From a bacterium (GTDB lineage: Bacteria > Zhuqueibacterota > Zhuqueibacteria > Residuimicrobiales > Residuimicrobiaceae), in contig DAOOPF010000004.1 of the NCBI GenBank assembly GCA_035388125.1, positions 540 through 64,539 on the forward strand: a stretch of 64,000 nucleotides of DNA. The letters run 5' to 3'. The notes beneath the pieces were generated by a model. That model was given only the letters and a program-made list of their open reading frames with translations, was not told the DNA's origin and did not search any database. The translations under genes were made by a program, and so were the position numbers. Each line of letters begins with the position of its first letter. The stretch's first letter is position 1. Below are positions 61,001 through 64,000 of this stretch, piece after piece.

Positions 61001-64000
61001 CCCAGACTGATTTCCGTGGTCAGGCCGGAGGTCCGGTCGGCGTCGCTGTCGAGAGCGTTATTGTTGCCTGCATCCGGCTGAGTGAAGATATAGTGCGCAG
61101 GCAGGACGAATTTGACCGTATAGGCATCGGGGACAAGATCCGGAAAGTAGTAGAATCCATCGGCTCCGGTCCGGGTCGAATCGACGACGATACCGTCTGC
61201 ATCGAGCAGCATGACAGAGACATTTTCCACCGGGGATTCATCCGCATCCTGGATACCGTTCATGTTGAAATCATACCAGACATAGTCGCCGAGCGAGGAG
61301 AGCTCATAGAAACCGGCGCCCCAGGTGAGATCGTTCTCTCCCTGGCCCAGCACCGTCAGGGCGGTGCGGCTGTTGCCCTCGCCGGCGTCGCTGTTGAGCA
61401 TGCTGGTGGTATCCGCCGTGAACAGGGTCAGTGCGTATCCGGCCGGCGGCACGAAGCTGAGGAAGTAGGGAGCCGGTGCCAGACGGCTGAAGAGGAAAGC
61501 GCCATCCGCAGCCGTAACCTGCTGCGACAGAATATTTCCGGCGGCATCGTGCAGACGGACAGTTACGCCGGTCATCGGCAGTTCACCGTCGTCATAGAGG
61601 CCATCGCGGTCACTGTCAAACCAGGTATAGCTGCCGAGGGAAGCCAACTGGAGGTAGATACCGGCATCCCATGAGGGGTCGTTCTCGCCAGGCAGCAGGG
61701 TGGTCGAATCCGTATACGCTGTGGTCTCGTTGGATTTCCTGGCATCGCTGTCCATGGTATCATCAGCACCCTGATCGAGCGGGCTGAAGATAACTGGTGG
61801 CGGTGCAGTGAAGCGGAGGTAGTAATTGCCGGGCAGCAGATCGGTGAAATGGTAATGACCGGTCCCGTCAGTTGTCGTCTGGGCGACCTGGGTGCCATTG
61901 GTCCTGAACAGGGTGACCTGGATGCCACCGATTCCCTGCTCCTCGGAATCCTGGATGCCGTCGTTGTCCTCATCCTGCCAGACATAGTCGCCGATGGAGG
62001 CGAGCTGGATGAGGCCGGCGTCGAGGGTCAGGTCGTTTTCCCCGGGAGAAAGGGTGAATGCCGGGGTACGGCTGGTGACGGGATCCGGATCGCTGTCGGC
62101 CGCATCATCACTGCCGGTGTTGGCGGTAGTGAAGATGGTGCCGTCGGGCAGGGCGAAGCCGATGCTGTAGCTGCCTGCGATCAGTTCAGTGAAGAGATAG
62201 TTGCCGGACGCGTCCGTTGTATCCAGAGCCACCTCGGCTCCAGCGGCATCGTAGAGGGTGACTATGATGCCGGGCACGCCGGGCTCGCCAGCGTCCTGGA
62301 GACCGTCCTGATCGAGGTCATACCAGACCAGGTTGCCGGCGCTGGCGGGCTGGAAGATGCCCGCATCCATGGTGCGGATGTGGTCTCCACCGGCGAGGGT
62401 GAAGGTGCCGGTGCTGCCGGTGATACGGTCAGCATCGCTGTCGGCGGCGTCATCGCCGCTGTTGGCGGGGCTGAAGATATAGCCCGAGGGCAGCTGGAAG
62501 CGGATCTCGTAGGTGCCGGGCAGCAGGTCGTCGAAGAGATAAATACCGTCGGCTGTAGTGCTTGTGCTGCCTTTGAGCGTGTTATCCGCATCGTAGAGCA
62601 GCACCGTCACGCCGGCAACGCCGGTTTCCCCTGCATCCTGCAGGCCATTGCCGTTGCTATCGAGCCAGACGCGGTCGCCGACCGAGGCGGGCTTGAAGAT
62701 GCCGGCATCAAGATCGAGGCGTTCTTCTCCGACTGTGAGGGTCACCTGACCGGTTCTGCCTGTGGCAAGATCGGCATCGCTGTCAAGGGCGTCATCGCTC
62801 CCCTGATTGACCAGAGTGAACTTGTAATCGGTCGGGGCTACGAACTCGACCTGATAGGTACCCGGATCGAGATTGCGGAAGATATAAAAGCCGTCGTTAT
62901 CAGTCGTGGTTTCGGCGATCTGGATGCCGTTACCGTTGAGCAAACGCACGGTGACGCCCATGACGCCGGTCTCGGTGCTGTCCTGGATGCCGTCATGGTC
63001 GCTGTCATTCCAGACAAAATCGCCCAGCGCGGCGAGTTCATAGAGACCGCCATCAGCGCTGAGATCGGTTTCATCGGGCGAGAGCGTATAGACCGCGCTC
63101 TGACCGGTGGCCGGATCCAGATCGCTGTCGGCGTCGTCATTTCCGCCCTGGTTGATGGGCGAAATGGCAAAGCCATCCGGTTTGGTGATACGGATGCTAT
63201 AGTCACCGGGCGTGAGGTCGTCGAAGAGGTAATTGCCGTTGCTGTCAGTGGTATCGACAGCGACGACTGCACCGTTGGCATCGAGCAGGGAGACGACGAT
63301 GCCGGGCATTCCGGGCTCGCCCGCATCCTGAAGACCATTGCGGTTGTTATCAATCCAGACGCGATCGCCGATGGTGGCCGGTTTCAGATAGATGCCGGCA
63401 TCCCAGGTCGGGTCCTTCTCGCTGGCCACGAGGGTGGTCGAATCGGTCCGGCCGATGGCGGGGTTGGCATCGCTGTCGAGGCTGTCATCAGCGGCGCTGT
63501 TGGCCGGGCTGAAGAGATAGCCATCGGGCAGGCGGAACTGGGCGTAATAGCTGCCAGGATGGAGATTGCTGAACTGATAGAGTCCATCGGCATCGGTCAG
63601 GGTGGAGTCGATGACCGTCTTGCCGCTGAAGAGGAGGACGCGCACATCAGCGACGCCATTCTCACCTGCATCCTGGACGCCGTCGCGGTCGCTGTCAAGC
63701 CAGACCCGGTTGCCATAGGAGGCATCGGCACGGTAGATACCGGCGTCCCAGGTGGTGTCCTTTTCGGCGAGGACGATCTGGGTGGCCGGGGTTCTGCCGG
63801 TCGCCGTATTGACATCCGAGTTGGTGGCCGGATCGCTGCCGATACCGGGGGTGAAATAATAGCCGGCGGGCAGTGTGAACTGGGTGAAATAGTTGCCGGG
63901 AATGAGCTCCGGGAAGAGATAGTAGCCGGGCGCTCCCTCCATATTATCACCCGTGACGTTGGTGGCGATGAGATAGTCGTCGGGGGTGCCGGGCTGGCCG
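58093..64000 (-). CDS. Giant secreted multidomain protein (5' end beyond window): at least 10 SdrD/Cna-B-like repeats + glycoside-hydrolase-like (GH99-like?) domain + FN3 + discoidin/F5-8-C-like domain + T9SS C-terminal sorting domain
   Basis: The frame stays open upstream of the track's ATG 63942 to nt 64000. Repeats have the form G(D/N)xVWxDxxxDGxQDxxExGxxGxxVxL...DxxGxYxFxxLxPGxY...DSD....T....L..GE.D...DAG. The middle has WYEPWYD...VVDWFG...LIETWNDHNRG. The tail is NYPNPFN...LRIYDVLGREV...SGIYFYRL...MLYLK. Confidence 0.8.
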   Translation of the reverse strand, partial: GQPGTPDDYLIATNVTGDNMEGAPGYYLFPELIPGNYFTQFTLPAGYYFTPGIGSDPATNSDVNTATGRTPATQIVLAEKDTTWDAGIYRADASYGNRVWLDSDRDGVQDAGENGVADVRVLLFSGKTVIDSTLTDADGLYQFSNLHPGSYYAQFRLPDGYLFSPANSAADDSLDSDANPAIGRTDSTTLVASEKDPTWDAGIYLKPATIGDRVWIDNNRNGLQDAGEPGMPGIVVSLLDANGAVVAVDTTDSNGNYLFDDLTPGDYSIRITKPDGFAISPINQGGNDDADSDLDPATGQSAVYTLSPDETDLSADGGLYELAALGDFVWNDSDHDGIQDSTETGVMGVTVRLLNGNGIQIAETTTDNDGFYIFRNLDPGTYQVEFVAPTDYKFTLVNQGSDDALDSDADLATGRTGQVTLTVGEERLDLDAGIFKPASVGDRVWLDSNGNGLQDAGETGVAGVTVLLYDADNTLKGSTSTTADGIYLFDDLLPGTYEIRFQLPSGYIFSPANSGDDAADSDADRITGSTGTFTLAGGDHIRTMDAGIFQPASAGNLVWYDLDQDGLQDAGEPGVPGIIVTLYDAAGAEVALDTTDASGNYLFTELIAGSYSIGFALPDGTIFTTANTGSDDAADSDPDPVTSRTPAFTLSPGENDLTLDAGLIQLASIGDYVWQDEDNDGIQDSEEQGIGGIQVTLFRTNGTQVAQTTTDGTGHYHFTDLLPGNYYLRFTAPPPVIFSPLDQGADDTMDSDARKSNETTAYTDSTTLLPGENDPSWDAGIYLQLASLGSYTWFDSDRDGLYDDGELPMTGVTVRLHDAAGNILSQQVTAADGAFLFSRLAPAPYFLSFVPPAGYALTLFTADTTSMLNSDAGEGNSRTALTVLGQGENDLTWGAGFYELSSLGDYVWYDFNMNGIQDADESPVENVSVMLLDADGIVVDSTRTGADGFYYFPDLVPDAYTVKFVLPAHYIFTQPDAGNNNALDSDADRTSGLTTEISLGLAVHDSTWDAGLIKLASVGDYVWEDNSNDGVQDADEMGLPGIRVVLTDTLGNPVAETVTDENGNYLFDDVVPGCYIVSVDETTLPRSYVTSTYNNPMTLCLAPDEHRRDADFGYRSNYGSIGDFVWFDINRDGLQDPGEPGIPNVLLRLEEINTGETAKQLTNAEGKYLFRTLLPGEYRVYVDVSTLPEGYFLTSAFSEYIVTLADQQHYREADFGYWREDAGCDKLVLAWYEPWYDRANADSSLRHWKPEYLGGQADTSLFEFFSSRDPLVWEYDILLAWASGIDGFVVDWFGHKSYENIGINGLLDTADRLWERYNGQGFNFQIICSYNERAIGAIDSNMVYVADSLMTHPAYWGTREGRRRPLWIYNQPEVNILPETYRVVADTTLPKDAFLAWNGVEDEIFVPMDVVYPWVQTLPEKWDDLTGKDWGKPYLDQFYARANSPAAQGNLLFGVRSVWPGYDDRSWTIGDKHWMSRRDTLTYRWTWEEAFAYKGALDMPWILIETWNDHNRGSAIQPSLEWHYNFIVKTRDYVRKHKNDCREYDFENLGLLVPQHIHQARIAARLRPDQAAAIEAKAERAMDLFFARRHLDAISLADDAAGIAPNKVTVIETPLTGIKISWEPAVHASGYVLYTAKDRSHFEPCSFIRPDSLFLGNVTEYTLMRQDRDKLFLAVVPVNDAINPYANGAWFQNNLTGADVTSSVTAAADGKELKPNQLVFISGSPTHSKEGWEKAVDGVTEGWGGTATALSPEYGNAQKSPWAIYGFADGGLYKFNYLVLQTDNGSDDDSESGRQAARFKVLVSTASTEEADFKEVYTSRIKSGDETWYALGTNVKARYVKLVLLEPVYSLYRQVVEFQVQTKSRLGAVPANEAEEIAEIPQTFKLENNYPNPFNGTTKFRYQLPAQARVSLRIYDVLGREVAILVDQEQAPGIYETAWRPQEMASGIYFYRLVAGSYTKIQRMLYLK
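60340..64000 (-). repeat. Coding tandem array of ~100-aa SdrD-B/Cna-B-like domains
   Basis: Ten complete units start with GNRVWLD, GDRVWID, GDFVWND, GDRVWLD, GNLVWYD, GDYVWQD, GSYTWFD, GDYVWYD, GDYVWED and GDFVWFD. A partial unit sits at the window edge. Confidence 0.8.

Noticed and set aside
59077-61674. 865-aa plus-strand ORF inside the giant gene region
   Set aside because: It is antisense to the repeat-rich T9SS cargo gene. It has no recognisable domains, and its periodicity simply mirrors the coding repeats on the minus strand.
60340-64000. Regular ~300-nt periodic repeats, considered as a CRISPR array or satellite
   Set aside because: The units are about 300 nt, diverged, and in one continuous open reading frame encoding Ig-like domains. 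There is no short direct repeat and spacer structure. The same reasoning applies to the TSP3 repeats at 287-915.
1-64000. Mobile elements, prophage, defence islands, rRNA/tRNA genes
   Set aside because: No integrase, transposase, terminal inverted repeats, phage structural genes, cas genes or tRNA-like sequences were seen. The only accessory-type element is the vapBC pair.

Overview
A 64-kb window from a fairly high-GC Gram-negative bacterium that appears to be an anaerobic fermenter. I see about 50 protein genes and no rRNA, tRNA, CRISPR array, transposase or integrase. Outer-membrane and secretion features (TSP3-OmpA protein, PorV-like barrel, two proteins ending in T9SS-type sorting domains) suggest an FCB-superphylum-like lineage, but that is inference only. 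Three TTGACA-N17-TAnAtT promoters argue against classical Bacteroidetes promoter usage. Positions 1372-45480 form one uninterrupted minus-strand gene array.

Main content:
- (a) An envelope cluster at 1-7.3 kb. It includes a UshA/5'-nucleotidase-like gene split by a single in-frame UGA followed by SECIS-like hairpins, making it a candidate selenoprotein.
- (b) Housekeeping genes: apt, asnS, usp, gpsA, purM, gdhA, ftsH.
- (c) Two buk/ptb pairs. One is split by a self-promoted vapBC toxin-antitoxin cassette.
- (d) A ~19-kb hydrogen-metabolism supercluster at 22.7-42 kb. Two non-identical HydABC-type [FeFe]-hydrogenase gene sets flank a sensory block: a hydrogenase-like histidine kinase, two single-domain receivers, a hybrid kinase, and a Mur-ligase-like, DRTGG, PHP and GHKL-ATPase set. 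Upstream lie a sigma-54 activator, a sigma-54-like promoter and a palindromic candidate UAS.
- (e) A plus-strand operon behind a perfect sigma-54 promoter, at 45.9-52.7 kb. It encodes a 29-aa peptide, a HybA-like FeS protein, an NrfD-like membrane protein fused to a triheme c7 domain, a GcvH-like protein, a sensor kinase with CxxCH motifs, and a sigma-54 activator.
- (f) A giant (>1960 aa, truncated) T9SS cargo protein with at least 10 SdrD/Cna-B-like repeats plus a glycosidase-like domain.

All functional calls rest on motifs read by eye; no database search was possible.
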